Assembly (NCBI GenBank): GCA_937976335.1
Contig: CALJRW010000023.1
Span: 511 to 64,510, forward strand
Length of the DNA stretch: 64,000 nucleotides
From: an uncultured bacterium
Lineage (GTDB): Bacteria > Bdellovibrionota_C > UBA2361 > CALJRW01
Direction: 5' to 3'
The notes beneath the pieces were generated by a model. The model was given only the letters and a program-made list of their open reading frames with translations. It searched no databases and was not told the origin of the DNA. Each line of letters opens with the position of its first letter. Positions within the stretch are counted from its first letter, which is position 1. This document shows, piece by piece, positions 17,964 through 27,801 of the stretch. The position numbers were made by a program, and so were the translations under genes.

Positions 17964-20204
17964 ATGAAAAAAAGATTTGAAGAACAACAAAAAAGAAATT
18001 TAGAGTTACTTAGTAATTCTAAATATATGCAAAGCGAAATAAAATCAGAGGTAATTCCTTTTACTTTAAATTTAGAAGATAGTGGAGGATTAACAAGCGA
18101 GCAGTTAAATCTCCATGAAGCACTCTCGAGAGAAGCTGCGCAAATTGCAATTTCATCTTTAGCTTCACTTGCTAAAATTAAAGAGTTAGATCATTTAGGT
18201 GGCGGCTTGGATCTAATTTCCTCTTTAATTCTAACCCTAGCAGTGACAGATTACGAAACAAAAGAATATACTATTGAACACGCGCATACTAGTATTGGTT
18301 ATTATGCTAGTTTAGCTAGTTTTGGTTTTTTAGAACCGCAGTACGTAATTGAAAAGTTTAGAAGAAGTTTAGATATTGCAGGCCATGTTTCATGGGTGCC
18401 AGGTGGAACTCAACTTAGTGGCGGTCGTCTTGGTGTAATGTTTCCGGTAGCAGTAGGTCAAGCTCTAGGTAAAAAAGCGATATATAAAGATGATGCGTTT
18501 GTAATTTGCCATTGTGGTGATGCAGGTTGGATTTCTGGTCAAGGTCTTAACGGTTTTAATGCAGCTGATTTTCATAGAGCGCCAATTACATTTGTAATGC
18601 ATAGAAACGGTATTCAGCTTTCGGGAACTAATAAAAGTATAATGGATAGAGATCCGCGTGGAATGATTTCTGCAATGGGAATTGAGGTTCTAGAAATTAC
18701 TAACTTACATGACGCGGAAGAAACATTTTTAGCATACAAGGAAGCCTATTCTTTAGCTAAGAAGGGGAAAGCTACTTTGATTTATCCAACTGGAGAAAAA
18801 GATGTCAGTCTTGGATCTTTTGCAGAAAAAAATAATATTACTTCTCAAACTGAAAGTTTTGCAAAAGAGAATGGAGTTACTTTAGAGCAAAAAGTTTGGA
18901 TTCCTGGAACTTTAATGAGTTATAGAGATGTTCACTCAATGCTAGAATGTATTTTTCTTGTGAATGATTTGCCCGGTGGAGAAGGTCATCATGATGGTTC
19001 AATGATAGGTCGTGATGAAAAAGAAGTTTTATCAAATCCAATGCTTAAGCTTTCTGATGAGCACCATTCAGTCTTAGAGCAATATAGAGGAAGTCAGAAA
19101 AGAATAGTTACTACTAAAGCGAGACCTAAAGCAGGGACTGAAAATTTACTTATAAATGATGAGGTTCTTTCTAAGATTAAATTACCTGATGTTGGAGAAA
19201 CAAAATCTGCAAGAGCTGGGGTTCAAGAAGGATATGCTGCGCTTGCAGAGTGTAATCCTAAAGATATGTTTGTTGTGAGTTGCGATCTAGATCCTTCAAC
19301 TAAGTTAGGAAAAGCTAGAACATTCTTGCCAGCAGAAAATCAATTTGAAATGAGTATTGAAGAACAAGCTGCCGCATTAATTGCAGATGGTCTTGCAATG
19401 AGTTCTTACAAACCACAACTAAATGTAGTGTCAACTTTTTCTGCATTTTTTGAAGGAATTGCAAGGGAATGTTTTGAATTATGGAGATATCAAAGAAATT
19501 TAGATGGAGCAAATGAAGGAATAAACGTAACTTTTCATATGTCGCACGTTGGTTCTTTTACTGGAAGAGATCATTTTTCTGGTTGGTCACTAGATTGGTT
19601 GAATTTAATGATTGGTTACATGCCTTATCTTGATAGGTTTTATGCACCTTCTGATGCGCGCTCAGCTTTCATTGCTGTTAAGGATTTAGCTGCACGTTAT
19701 GGGGCGCACATTATTGCAATACCTAGAGATAATATTCCGGTTTTATCAAAACAAGATAGTACGGAAGCCTTGTTTAATCCAACAGATTCTTGGGAACCTA
19801 TAACGCAATACAGAAAATATGATGAAGCCAAGCGAGCAATACTTGCTATTGGAGCCCCTGCGTATTTAGCGGACGCTGCAACTAAAGAACTAAATGAAAA
19901 GGGGATTTCAACTGATGCTTATATTGTAAATGGAATGCCGTGCGGAGAAGATGAACTTGCTAAGTTAGTTAAAAAGTATCCTGAAGGAGTTGTAACTATT
20001 GAAGATGGATTAATTGGAGATTTAGAGACAGGCTATAGAGGTTTTGCCGGAGTTGCCTACAATGCGGCAAATATTTCAGGAGTTAACTTTCAAGCTATCG
20101 GAATAGAAGATCCAAGAATTGCACCTTCTGAACATTTTAAAGAAGTTTGGGAGCATTTTGGTATAACTAGTAGAGCTTTAGTGGATTCTGTCAAAAATTT
20201 ATAA
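17964..20204 (+). CDS. Transketolase-family thiamine-diphosphate-dependent enzyme (divergent, 746 aa)
   Basis: TPP-binding region HLGGGLDLISSL..., CHCGDAGWISGQGLNGFNAADFHRAPITFVMHRNGIQLSGT (GDG-x-N pattern). A Pyr-domain-like EEQAAALIADGLA...STFSAF. It is longer than, and divergent from, canonical Tkt. Confidence 0.65.
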   Translation: MKKRFEEQQKRNLELLSNSKYMQSEIKSEVIPFTLNLEDSGGLTSEQLNLHEALSREAAQIAISSLASLAKIKELDHLGGGLDLISSLILTLAVTDYETKEYTIEHAHTSIGYYASLASFGFLEPQYVIEKFRRSLDIAGHVSWVPGGTQLSGGRLGVMFPVAVGQALGKKAIYKDDAFVICHCGDAGWISGQGLNGFNAADFHRAPITFVMHRNGIQLSGTNKSIMDRDPRGMISAMGIEVLEITNLHDAEETFLAYKEAYSLAKKGKATLIYPTGEKDVSLGSFAEKNNITSQTESFAKENGVTLEQKVWIPGTLMSYRDVHSMLECIFLVNDLPGGEGHHDGSMIGRDEKEVLSNPMLKLSDEHHSVLEQYRGSQKRIVTTKARPKAGTENLLINDEVLSKIKLPDVGETKSARAGVQEGYAALAECNPKDMFVVSCDLDPSTKLGKARTFLPAENQFEMSIEEQAAALIADGLAMSSYKPQLNVVSTFSAFFEGIARECFELWRYQRNLDGANEGINVTFHMSHVGSFTGRDHFSGWSLDWLNLMIGYMPYLDRFYAPSDARSAFIAVKDLAARYGAHIIAIPRDNIPVLSKQDSTEALFNPTDSWEPITQYRKYDEAKRAILAIGAPAYLADAATKELNEKGISTDAYIVNGMPCGEDELAKLVKKYPEGVVTIEDGLIGDLETGYRGFAGVAYNAANISGVNFQAIGIEDPRIAPSEHFKEVWEHFGITSRALVDSVKNL

Positions 20205-20213
20205 TGTAACGAT

Positions 20214-21038
20214 ATGCCTAAAGTTAGTAAGTCTTATAAGTTTTCTTTTTCTGAATTAGAAGAAGTAAATTATAAACTTTTAGAAGGTTCTTATTATACT
20301 GGAATTGAAAAAACTAACAACGCAACTTTTCTCTCTTGTGATATCTTAAAAGATCCTTATTGGAATCATGCAGCAAATTAAAATATTCAAGATAGTGAAA
20401 GAGAAAAGTTTTTAGTAAAGTTAAAAGATTTTTATTCTAAGAAAGGTGTTGCCCCTGCAGTATACATTACACCTGATTTAAACAGTTCTAGTCTTGTTAA
20501 TTTTTTTAAATCTAAGGGCTTTGAAGAAGGCGATAAAGATGTTTGGATGATTTTTAACGGAAAAGCAAATAATTATATCTTGCCAGATTATTTAAAAATA
20601 AAAAAATGTAAAACTACGAAAGATTTTAGCGATTTTGAAAAAGTTACTTCGCTTTCTTATTCAGGCTTGGGACCAAATGAGCCTTATGGTCCTTTTCCGC
20701 CAGAATACGATGAAGCAGCAAGACGTGCTTTTAAATCAAAATTAATAGAGTCGTATGTAATGTTATATAATGAATCTCCAGTTGCTTGTGTTATGATAGG
20801 TATTCTTAGAGAATTTGCTGGTATTTATGCTGCTGGTGTTATCCCAAGTCATCGAGGCAGATGTTATACAAGTATAATGACAAAGTATTTTGCAAATTTT
20901 CTAAGTAACAAGCGAGGAATAAAAACTGCATTTTGCCAAACTGAGAAAGACAGTATTAATGAAAAAATTTTTAAATATGCTGGTTTTGAAACTTATGCTC
21001 TTTGTACTGATTTAGTTTTGAAATCTTATCTTAAATAA
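20214..21038 (+). pseudogene. Possible 274-codon GNAT-like reading frame interrupted by one in-frame TAA (20379-20381)
   Basis: The ATG at 20214 is in the same frame as the 20547-21038 ORF (333 nt = 111 codons apart). The frame is open throughout except for the single TAA. Confidence 0.4.
20547..21038 (+). CDS. GNAT-family N-acetyltransferase (C-terminal or complete domain)
   Basis: 163 aa. Motif-A-like GVIPSHRGRCYTSIM and the C-terminal YAGFE typical of the GNAT fold. Confidence 0.55.
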   Translation: MIFNGKANNYILPDYLKIKKCKTTKDFSDFEKVTSLSYSGLGPNEPYGPFPPEYDEAARRAFKSKLIESYVMLYNESPVACVMIGILREFAGIYAAGVIPSHRGRCYTSIMTKYFANFLSNKRGIKTAFCQTEKDSINEKIFKYAGFETYALCTDLVLKSYLK

Positions 21039-21063
21039 AAAAAATCCTAAAAACTCTACTATA

Positions 21064-21119
21064 CCCAACGACATTTGGTTTTTCCGCTTTTAAGCGGGAA
21101 AACTAAATGATTTGTTGGG
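21064..21119. repeat. REP-like palindromic element, copy 1
   Basis: Long imperfect hairpin CCCAACGACATTTGGTTTTTCCGC-TTTTAA-GCGGGAAAACTAAATGATTTGTTGGG. A related copy lies at 34217-34271. A second small hairpin (GCAAAACAATGGC/GCCATTTTTTGC) follows at 21123-21150. Confidence 0.6.
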
Positions 21120-21355
21120 CGAGCAAAACAATGGCGAAGCCATTTTTTGCCGAAATAAACACATGTACTGCTCGAACATATAAATCTGAATTTATGCTAT
21201 GCATAAATTTCAAGAAAAAAAAACGGTAAAACCTAATGTCGAGCAGTATATACTTCATAAACATGCTTCACTAAGTAAAAAAAAATCTGCATTTTCGCTA
21301 ACTTATTCAATTAGGCCTCTTCTAAAATTTCATCATATAAGATATCTTAGAAAAA

Positions 21356-22858
21356 ATGCTAAAAAACAAAAAAATAAAATTCCCTTTTGGAATTATAGAT
21401 TTATTCATAATAATTTCTCTCATAAGCCTTCTAAAAGTTCAAATAAACGAATTTGCAAACGATCCAGGTCTTGGATGGCATTTAAAAAATGGTAAAAACA
21501 TTCTTCAAACTTTAAGTATTCCGTATCAAGATAATATGCTGGGTGTTAAATATGACAAGCTATGGATAGCAGATCAATGGTTAGGAGATGTCTTAATTGC
21601 AAAATTAAAAAAAATTGCCTCATGGCCTTTGGTGTATGCATTTTTTTCAGTGATATATCTTTTAACTTTTTATTTTATTCTGTTTAGAGGTCTAAGAAAG
21701 CATAGTCAAAGTTTTTTCTTTTCAGCAATTGTTTCAGTTTTAGCATTTAAGATAAGTCAAATTCATTTTGTTCTTCGGCCGGTTATGTTGAGCTTTATTT
21801 TTTTTGCACATCTTGCAGTAAGGCTTTGGGATATTAAAGAATGTAAAAAAATAAGAAGACAAGATTATATGATCTTTTTTGTATTATTTTTATCATGGGC
21901 AAATCTTCATCCTAGTTTTTTGCTTGGTTTATTTATTTTAGTGATTTTTACGTTTTTTGATTTAAAGTTACTGCCACTTTCTATTTTGTCGGCACTTTCA
22001 ACCCTAATAAATCCATATTTTTATAAACTTCACTTATCAATTATGGACTTTGGAAAAAGTGAGTTTCTTACAAATTTCTTTTCTGAATGGAGACCTTTAG
22101 AGCTTTTTTCTCTCGAAGGTAAACTCTATTTGTTGTTGCTTTCAATGTTTTTAGTATTTTCTTTAGTTTTGTTAATTTCTAAAAAACTTCCTAAAAACTA
22201 TTTTTTAATTTTAGTTTTAACTATTAGCTTTGCTTATTTAGCATATGATTCTGTAAGAATGATTCCATTTTTTGGAATAGTTGTGGCTTTTCCAATATGT
22301 ATTTTAGCTAAAAACGTTTTTAAAATTTTCAATGTATTTTTAAATAAAATTTGGCCAAAGATGTCAGCTCTACTAGTTAGGACTGACGAAAGAGAAGGTA
22401 ATTTACCGGCTGGTATATATACACTATTCTCAGCATGTTTTCTCTTATTCGCTACAAGCTTAACAGGGAAATTGATATTTTTTGAAGGAGAATTTGGTCC
22501 AAGTGTTAGCAAATATCCATATAAAGCAGTTGATTTTCTTAAAAAAAGAGCTCGCCAAAATCATAATAAAATTAAAGTTGCAAATGAATTTGACTGGGGA
22601 GGGTTTATAACTTGGTACGGTAGAGGGAGAGTTTTAGCCACAATTGACGATCGCTCTAATCTGCACGGCGAAGAGAGATATAAGTTGTATAATAAATCAA
22701 TAAAATCTTCAGCAAATTTCAGAGCTTATCTTGCTGAAATTAATACAAAATATATAATACTTGAGGTTGGCTCAAAACTATCTACTATGCTTAAATTAGA
22801 GAAAGATTTTAAATCTCTCTATGCAGATGATATAGCAGTTATATTTAAGAAATTATGA
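21356..22858 (+). CDS. Polytopic integral membrane protein, function unknown (possibly GT-C-like)
   Basis: 500 aa, about 11 hydrophobic segments, and a soluble C-terminal ~110 aa. Its stop overlaps the start of the VKOR-DsbA gene by 4 nt. Confidence 0.55.
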   Translation: MLKNKKIKFPFGIIDLFIIISLISLLKVQINEFANDPGLGWHLKNGKNILQTLSIPYQDNMLGVKYDKLWIADQWLGDVLIAKLKKIASWPLVYAFFSVIYLLTFYFILFRGLRKHSQSFFFSAIVSVLAFKISQIHFVLRPVMLSFIFFAHLAVRLWDIKECKKIRRQDYMIFFVLFLSWANLHPSFLLGLFILVIFTFFDLKLLPLSILSALSTLINPYFYKLHLSIMDFGKSEFLTNFFSEWRPLELFSLEGKLYLLLLSMFLVFSLVLLISKKLPKNYFLILVLTISFAYLAYDSVRMIPFFGIVVAFPICILAKNVFKIFNVFLNKIWPKMSALLVRTDEREGNLPAGIYTLFSACFLLFATSLTGKLIFFEGEFGPSVSKYPYKAVDFLKKRARQNHNKIKVANEFDWGGFITWYGRGRVLATIDDRSNLHGEERYKLYNKSIKSSANFRAYLAEINTKYIILEVGSKLSTMLKLEKDFKSLYADDIAVIFKKL

Positions 22859-24075
22859 GTTTAAGTAAAAGAATCTTAGTACTTATTTTAGTTATTCTAG
22901 GTGTTTGGATTGCACTTGTATTAGAACTTAGATCTAGTGGTCATCATATTGGTGAAGGAATTTGTAAAGCTAAAGAAATTTTTAATTGTGAGGCTGTTAC
23001 AAGTAGTAAATGGTCTCAAATATTTGGCGTTAAACTTTCAACTTTAGGATTATTTTATTATCTATTTCTTTTCTTTATTTGTTTTTGTTCTTTTTTTGGA
23101 CGTTTGTTTTTTGTTGATAAGTTAAAAAATGTTTTAAGTTTATTTGTTTTGATAAGTTCCGTTTTATCTCTCTACTATTTTATTATTTCAAAATTTGTAA
23201 TTGGAGCTCTGTGTCCATTCTGTATAATGCTATATGTTCTAAGTCTTGTCTTGCTTGTTGTTGTTTTTTATGGAAATTCTGTTTCAGATTTTATAAAATC
23301 AGTTAAAGATGGATTGAGATTTTTAATCACTCTTCCGGTTAAATTTTTTAACAAAAACTCCTTCAAAGAGAACGGATTTTCTTTGATTACAATAATCTTA
23401 TCACTTGTGGCTGCCTGTTCTTTAACAATAACACTTCCTCCAATGCTTTATGTGAAAAAAGAAATTCCTGTTGAATTGTCTCAATTTCAAAAACATCAGA
23501 GGTTAGATAAATTTACAGAAATTAGTGAAGGTCTTGAAAGAGATTTTTCTATTGGTCCTGAAGATGCTCCTATTCAGTTAGTTGAATTTTCGGATATAGA
23601 GTGTCCGTATTGTAGAAGAATGTTTTTTGCCATTGATGAGTTGCTTGAAAAATTTGAAGGGAAAATTCACTTTGTATACAAAAACTACCCACTTGATAGT
23701 AAGTGTAATGACGGTATTCCAGCGGGAGGTCATGAGTACGCATGTTATGCAGCTGAGCTTGCTCGTTGTGCTGGAGAGCAAGACATGTTTTGGGATGTAC
23801 TTGAGTATTTATTTTCCGAAGATTTTCCAAGAAACATTAAAGTTGAAGAAGGTCAAAAACTTATTATCAACTCGATTATCGAATTGGGCTTAGACAGAGA
23901 GAAAATAAATTCATGTCTTAGCTCTAAGAGACAACTTCAAAAAATCAAACAAGATATTATAGAAGGAGATGCTTTAGAGCTAATGGCAACTCCAACTATT
24001 TGGGTAAACGGTTCAAAAGTTAAGAATCCAACTATTGAATCTCTGAACAAAATTTTTAAATTTTTATTGGAATAA
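22855..24075 (+). CDS. Vitamin K epoxide reductase (VKOR) domain fused to a DsbA-like thioredoxin-fold domain
   Basis: VKOR loop cysteines CKAKEIFNCEAVTSSKWSQIFG and membrane CXXC GALCPFC. C-terminal thioredoxin-fold FSDIECPYCRRMF. Confidence 0.75.
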   Translation: MSLSKRILVLILVILGVWIALVLELRSSGHHIGEGICKAKEIFNCEAVTSSKWSQIFGVKLSTLGLFYYLFLFFICFCSFFGRLFFVDKLKNVLSLFVLISSVLSLYYFIISKFVIGALCPFCIMLYVLSLVLLVVVFYGNSVSDFIKSVKDGLRFLITLPVKFFNKNSFKENGFSLITIILSLVAACSLTITLPPMLYVKKEIPVELSQFQKHQRLDKFTEISEGLERDFSIGPEDAPIQLVEFSDIECPYCRRMFFAIDELLEKFEGKIHFVYKNYPLDSKCNDGIPAGGHEYACYAAELARCAGEQDMFWDVLEYLFSEDFPRNIKVEEGQKLIINSIIELGLDREKINSCLSSKRQLQKIKQDIIEGDALELMATPTIWVNGSKVKNPTIESLNKIFKFLLE

Positions 24076-24079
24076 TTTT

Positions 24080-25858
24080 ATGAAATTAGAAGATGTAGGA
24101 AGTGATAAGATTAAAAATTGGGTTAATGAATGTGCTGAATTTTTAATGCCTGATTCTATTGAGGTTATAGATGGAAGCGATAGCCAAAAACAATTATTAA
24201 TTAATACTTTAAAAGAGCAAGGTGATTTGTATGATGTTGATGAAAAGTTTTCACCTAACAGTTACTGGACAAGATCTGATCCAAATGATGTCGCGAGAGT
24301 TGAAGGGAGAACTTTTATTTGCTCCAAAAGTGAAAGTGATGCAGGAGCTACAAATAATTGGGCAGATCCTAAGGAAATGAAAGAAAAAATGACTTCCTTA
24401 ATGACTGCTTCTATGAAAGGAAGAAAAATGTATGTGATTCCATATATTATGGGGCCAATATCATCCCCTTATTCTAAATGTGGAGTTCAAGTTACTGATT
24501 CAGCTTATGTTGCTTTAAATATGTTAATTATGACAAGAGCTGGAAGCGATGCTCTGAATAGAATCAAGAAAGAAGGAGATTTTGTAGAATGTGTTCATTC
24601 TGTTGGAGTGCTAGATAAGGAAGAGAGGTATATTTGTCACTTTCCTGAAGAAAATTTAATAATGAGTTTTAATTCTGGTTACGGTGGTAACGCTCTTTTA
24701 GGTAAAAAATGCTTTGCTCTTAGAATTGCCTCATATCTTGGTAAAAAAGAAGGTTGGATGGCGGAGCATATGCTAATACTTGGCATTACAAATCCAGAAG
24801 GTGAAAAAAAATATATATGTGCAGCTTTTCCTTCTGCATGTGGAAAAACAAATCTTGCGATGTTAGTTCCTCCGAAAAGTTATTTAGAAAAAGGTTGGAA
24901 AGTAGAAACTGTAGGCGATGATATTGCTTGGCTTCATTTTGGTGAAGATGGTCAGCTATATGCAATCAATCCTGAAAATGGTTATTTTGGCGTAGCCCCT
25001 GGAACTTCAAGCGATACTAACCCTAATATGGTGAGTGCTCTTAAGAAAGGTAACTGTATTTTTACAAATACTGCGTATAATAAAGAATCAAAAATGCCTT
25101 GGTGGGATAAGATGGATGGAGAAAAACCATCTAAATTAACTTCTTGGCTTGGTAATGAATGGACTCCTGGGTCTGAAGAAAAGCCCGATCATCCTAACTC
25201 TCGATTCACCTGTCCTGCCTCTCAGTGTCCAACAATAGATCCAAATTGGGAAAATTCAAATGGTGTTCCTATTTCTGCAATTATTTTTGGGGGAAGGCGA
25301 GCTAAATCAGCTCCTTTAGTTTATGAGGCATTCAACTGGGAGCATGGAACATTTGTTGGAGCAACTATGGCTTCTGAAATGACAGCTGCAGCTGCTGGAG
25401 TAGTAGGAAAGATTAGAAGAGATCCAATGGCGATGAAACCTTTTATTGGTTACAATGTAGGCGATTATTTGCAACATTGGCTTGATATTGGAAAAAAGGA
25501 AGGGGCTAAGCTTCCAAAAATATTTCATGTTAATTGGTTCAGAACTGATGATAATGGAAAATTTATGTGGCCTGGTTTTGGTGAAAATATCAGAGTGTTA
25601 GAATGGATTACAAAAAGGATTGTTGGAAAAGTTGATAGTGTTGATGGTGTTTTAGGAAAAATGCCTATTATTCAAGATATTAATACTAAGAATTTGAGTG
25701 TAGATGAGAACTTAATTGCAAATTTACAAGAAGTGAAAACATCAGCTTGGAAAGATGATATTGATTCCCAAGAACATTTCTTTAAAGAGATTGGTGATAA
25801 GTTGCCAGATGTTATGTGGAGAGAATTTAAAGCACTAAGAGCTAGGCTAGGAATTTAA
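24080..25858 (+). CDS. pckG: Phosphoenolpyruvate carboxykinase (GTP)
   Basis: 592 aa. Kinase-1a FPSACGKTNLAML, GDDIAWL, and NSRFT. The length is typical of GTP-type PEPCK. Confidence 0.93.
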   Translation: MKLEDVGSDKIKNWVNECAEFLMPDSIEVIDGSDSQKQLLINTLKEQGDLYDVDEKFSPNSYWTRSDPNDVARVEGRTFICSKSESDAGATNNWADPKEMKEKMTSLMTASMKGRKMYVIPYIMGPISSPYSKCGVQVTDSAYVALNMLIMTRAGSDALNRIKKEGDFVECVHSVGVLDKEERYICHFPEENLIMSFNSGYGGNALLGKKCFALRIASYLGKKEGWMAEHMLILGITNPEGEKKYICAAFPSACGKTNLAMLVPPKSYLEKGWKVETVGDDIAWLHFGEDGQLYAINPENGYFGVAPGTSSDTNPNMVSALKKGNCIFTNTAYNKESKMPWWDKMDGEKPSKLTSWLGNEWTPGSEEKPDHPNSRFTCPASQCPTIDPNWENSNGVPISAIIFGGRRAKSAPLVYEAFNWEHGTFVGATMASEMTAAAAGVVGKIRRDPMAMKPFIGYNVGDYLQHWLDIGKKEGAKLPKIFHVNWFRTDDNGKFMWPGFGENIRVLEWITKRIVGKVDSVDGVLGKMPIIQDINTKNLSVDENLIANLQEVKTSAWKDDIDSQEHFFKEIGDKLPDVMWREFKALRARLGI

Positions 25859-25861
25859 ATT

Positions 25862-26968
25862 TTGAAATCTAAAATATTTGTTAGTTTAGTACTCTACAAT
25901 TCAGTTGAAAATCATGGAATTAACGTAGTTAGTAAAGCTATACAATCTATACTTAATCAAGATTTTTTTACCTTAGGTTCTAATTTGCATTTACTAATTA
26001 GTGACAACGCAAGCACTGATAATGCTTTACTTGATTTACCTCAAATATTTCATGAGCAAGATATTGAGTACTTAAAACATGAATATAATTTAGGCTTTGC
26101 TGGGGCTCATAATATTGCTGCTAAAAAGTTTTTAGAATCAGGGTATGATTATTTTTTATTATATAATCCTGATGTAAGAGTAGAAAAAAGTTGTTTTGGC
26201 AGATTAATAAGAGCTATAGAGCTTTCGGAACAGTTTGGGTTCGCGACACCTAAATTATATAGAGCAGATGAAAGCTTAAACCCTCATTCAGAAAAAATTC
26301 TTGATGCGGCTGGAATGTATATTACAGATAGCTTAAGACATTTTGATAGAGGGTCAAATGAAAAAGAGGTAGAAAATTTTAATAGAGAATGCTTAGTCTT
26401 CGGAGGTACGGGTGCATGTTTATTAATGAAAAAAGAATTTGTACGTTCTGTCGCATTGGAGGAAAGTAATTGCTTAGAGCTTCAAAAAATTTATCCTAAA
26501 ATATGTGAAAAAATCAGTGAAATGCATCCTTTTTTGGATAATGCTTTTTTTGCATATAGAGAAGATGCTGATTTAGCTTGGAGAGCTCAGCTTCTTGGTT
26601 GGAAGTGTATATATGTTCCTAGTGCTATTGGATATCATAAACGTGTGGTATTACCAGAGAATAGAAGTGATTTGGATGAAGAAATTAATAGTATGAGTGT
26701 AAGAAATAGATTTTTACTGCAACTTAATAATTGGTCACCTAAATTTTCTTTTTTTTCTATCTTAAAAGGATTTATATTAAGAAATTTATTGGTAATTTTA
26801 GCTATCTCAATAAAAGAAACATCATCTATTCCAGCTTTAATTGATGCAGTAAAATTATCAAAGCGTGCAGTTAAAAGAAGAAAAGAGTTGTTTTTAAGAG
26901 CTAGTAAGAAAGATTTAATCAATTTCTCCTACTGGTTTAAAAATCAAACTAAAGAGATTAAAAAATGA
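25862..26968 (+). CDS. Family 2 glycosyltransferase (rhamnosyltransferase-like)
   Basis: TTG start. LISDNASTD, NLGFAGAHN, YNPDV, and YREDADLAWR. Confidence 0.7.
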   Translation: MKSKIFVSLVLYNSVENHGINVVSKAIQSILNQDFFTLGSNLHLLISDNASTDNALLDLPQIFHEQDIEYLKHEYNLGFAGAHNIAAKKFLESGYDYFLLYNPDVRVEKSCFGRLIRAIELSEQFGFATPKLYRADESLNPHSEKILDAAGMYITDSLRHFDRGSNEKEVENFNRECLVFGGTGACLLMKKEFVRSVALEESNCLELQKIYPKICEKISEMHPFLDNAFFAYREDADLAWRAQLLGWKCIYVPSAIGYHKRVVLPENRSDLDEEINSMSVRNRFLLQLNNWSPKFSFFSILKGFILRNLLVILAISIKETSSIPALIDAVKLSKRAVKRRKELFLRASKKDLINFSYWFKNQTKEIKK

Positions 26969-27759
26969 AATATATTGATAAAACAGTTTTGGTAACAGGA
27001 GCTTCTTCAGGGATTGGAAAAGAGTTTGTTCATCAATTTCATAACTTAGGCGCAAATGTTATTTTAGTTGCTCGACGAAAAGAGCTAATTGAAGAAATAG
27101 CCAACAATTTAAATGATGAAAGAGAGTACTCAGCTCGATTTATTACATGCGACCTTACTAAAGAAAAAGATATAAGTAATTTAGAAACTTTTCTTAAAGA
27201 AGAAACAATTGATATACTTATTAATAATGCAGGTAGAGGATCTTTTGGTTGCTTTGAAAAGCTTGATATAGATGATGAAGTTAACCAAGTTTGTTTAAAT
27301 ATTAATTCAAATATTAAATTAGCACATATTGTCATTCCGCAAATGAAAGAAAGAAAAAGTGGGGCAATAGTTAATCTGTCCTCGATTGCTGCGTTTCAAC
27401 CACTTCCCTTTATGGCTACATATGCTGGAACAAAAGCTTTTAATTTTTTTCATTCACTTGCTTTAAGAGAAGAGCTTAAAAGTTTTGGCATTAAAGTTCT
27501 TGCTTTATGCCCCGGACCAACAGCAACGGAATTTGGTGGTGTTGCAAGAGTTCCTGGTACAATTTCAGGAATTACAAGAGAGAGGGCTGAAGATGTTGTA
27601 AGTCAAGCTATTCGTGCTCTTGAAAAAGGAAAATCTTACATTGTTACAACAGGATTAAAATCTAAAACAATGGCTTTTTTAAGTTGGTTTTTACCTAAAC
27701 GATTGAGCACTGCTTTCTTGGGGAGGGGGTTGAAAAAAGTTTTAGATAAGAACCTCTAG
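26965..27759 (+). CDS. Short-chain dehydrogenase/reductase (SDR)
   Basis: TGASSGIGKE cofactor motif, NNAG, and catalytic YAGTKAF (YxxxK). Overlaps the GT2 gene by 4 nt. Confidence 0.85.
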   Translation: MKYIDKTVLVTGASSGIGKEFVHQFHNLGANVILVARRKELIEEIANNLNDEREYSARFITCDLTKEKDISNLETFLKEETIDILINNAGRGSFGCFEKLDIDDEVNQVCLNINSNIKLAHIVIPQMKERKSGAIVNLSSIAAFQPLPFMATYAGTKAFNFFHSLALREELKSFGIKVLALCPGPTATEFGGVARVPGTISGITRERAEDVVSQAIRALEKGKSYIVTTGLKSKTMAFLSWFLPKRLSTAFLGRGLKKVLDKNL

Positions 27760-27801
27760 AAACTCCACATCTCTAGAGACGTGGAGTTTCTAGGTTTTTT
27801 T
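27757..27801 (+). terminator. Rho-independent terminator after the SDR gene
   Basis: Perfect 12-bp stem TAGAAACTCCAC / GTGGAGTTTCTA (27757-27768 and 27781-27792), followed by GGTTTTTTT. The 3' arm overlaps the stop of the convergent GT2 gene. Confidence 0.65.

Noticed and set aside
21199-21495. A 98-aa highly basic ORF overlapping the start of the 500-aa membrane protein gene.
   Set aside because: Its K/R/S-rich low-complexity product comes from an A-rich leader. It overlaps the better-supported frame and has no SD or motif.
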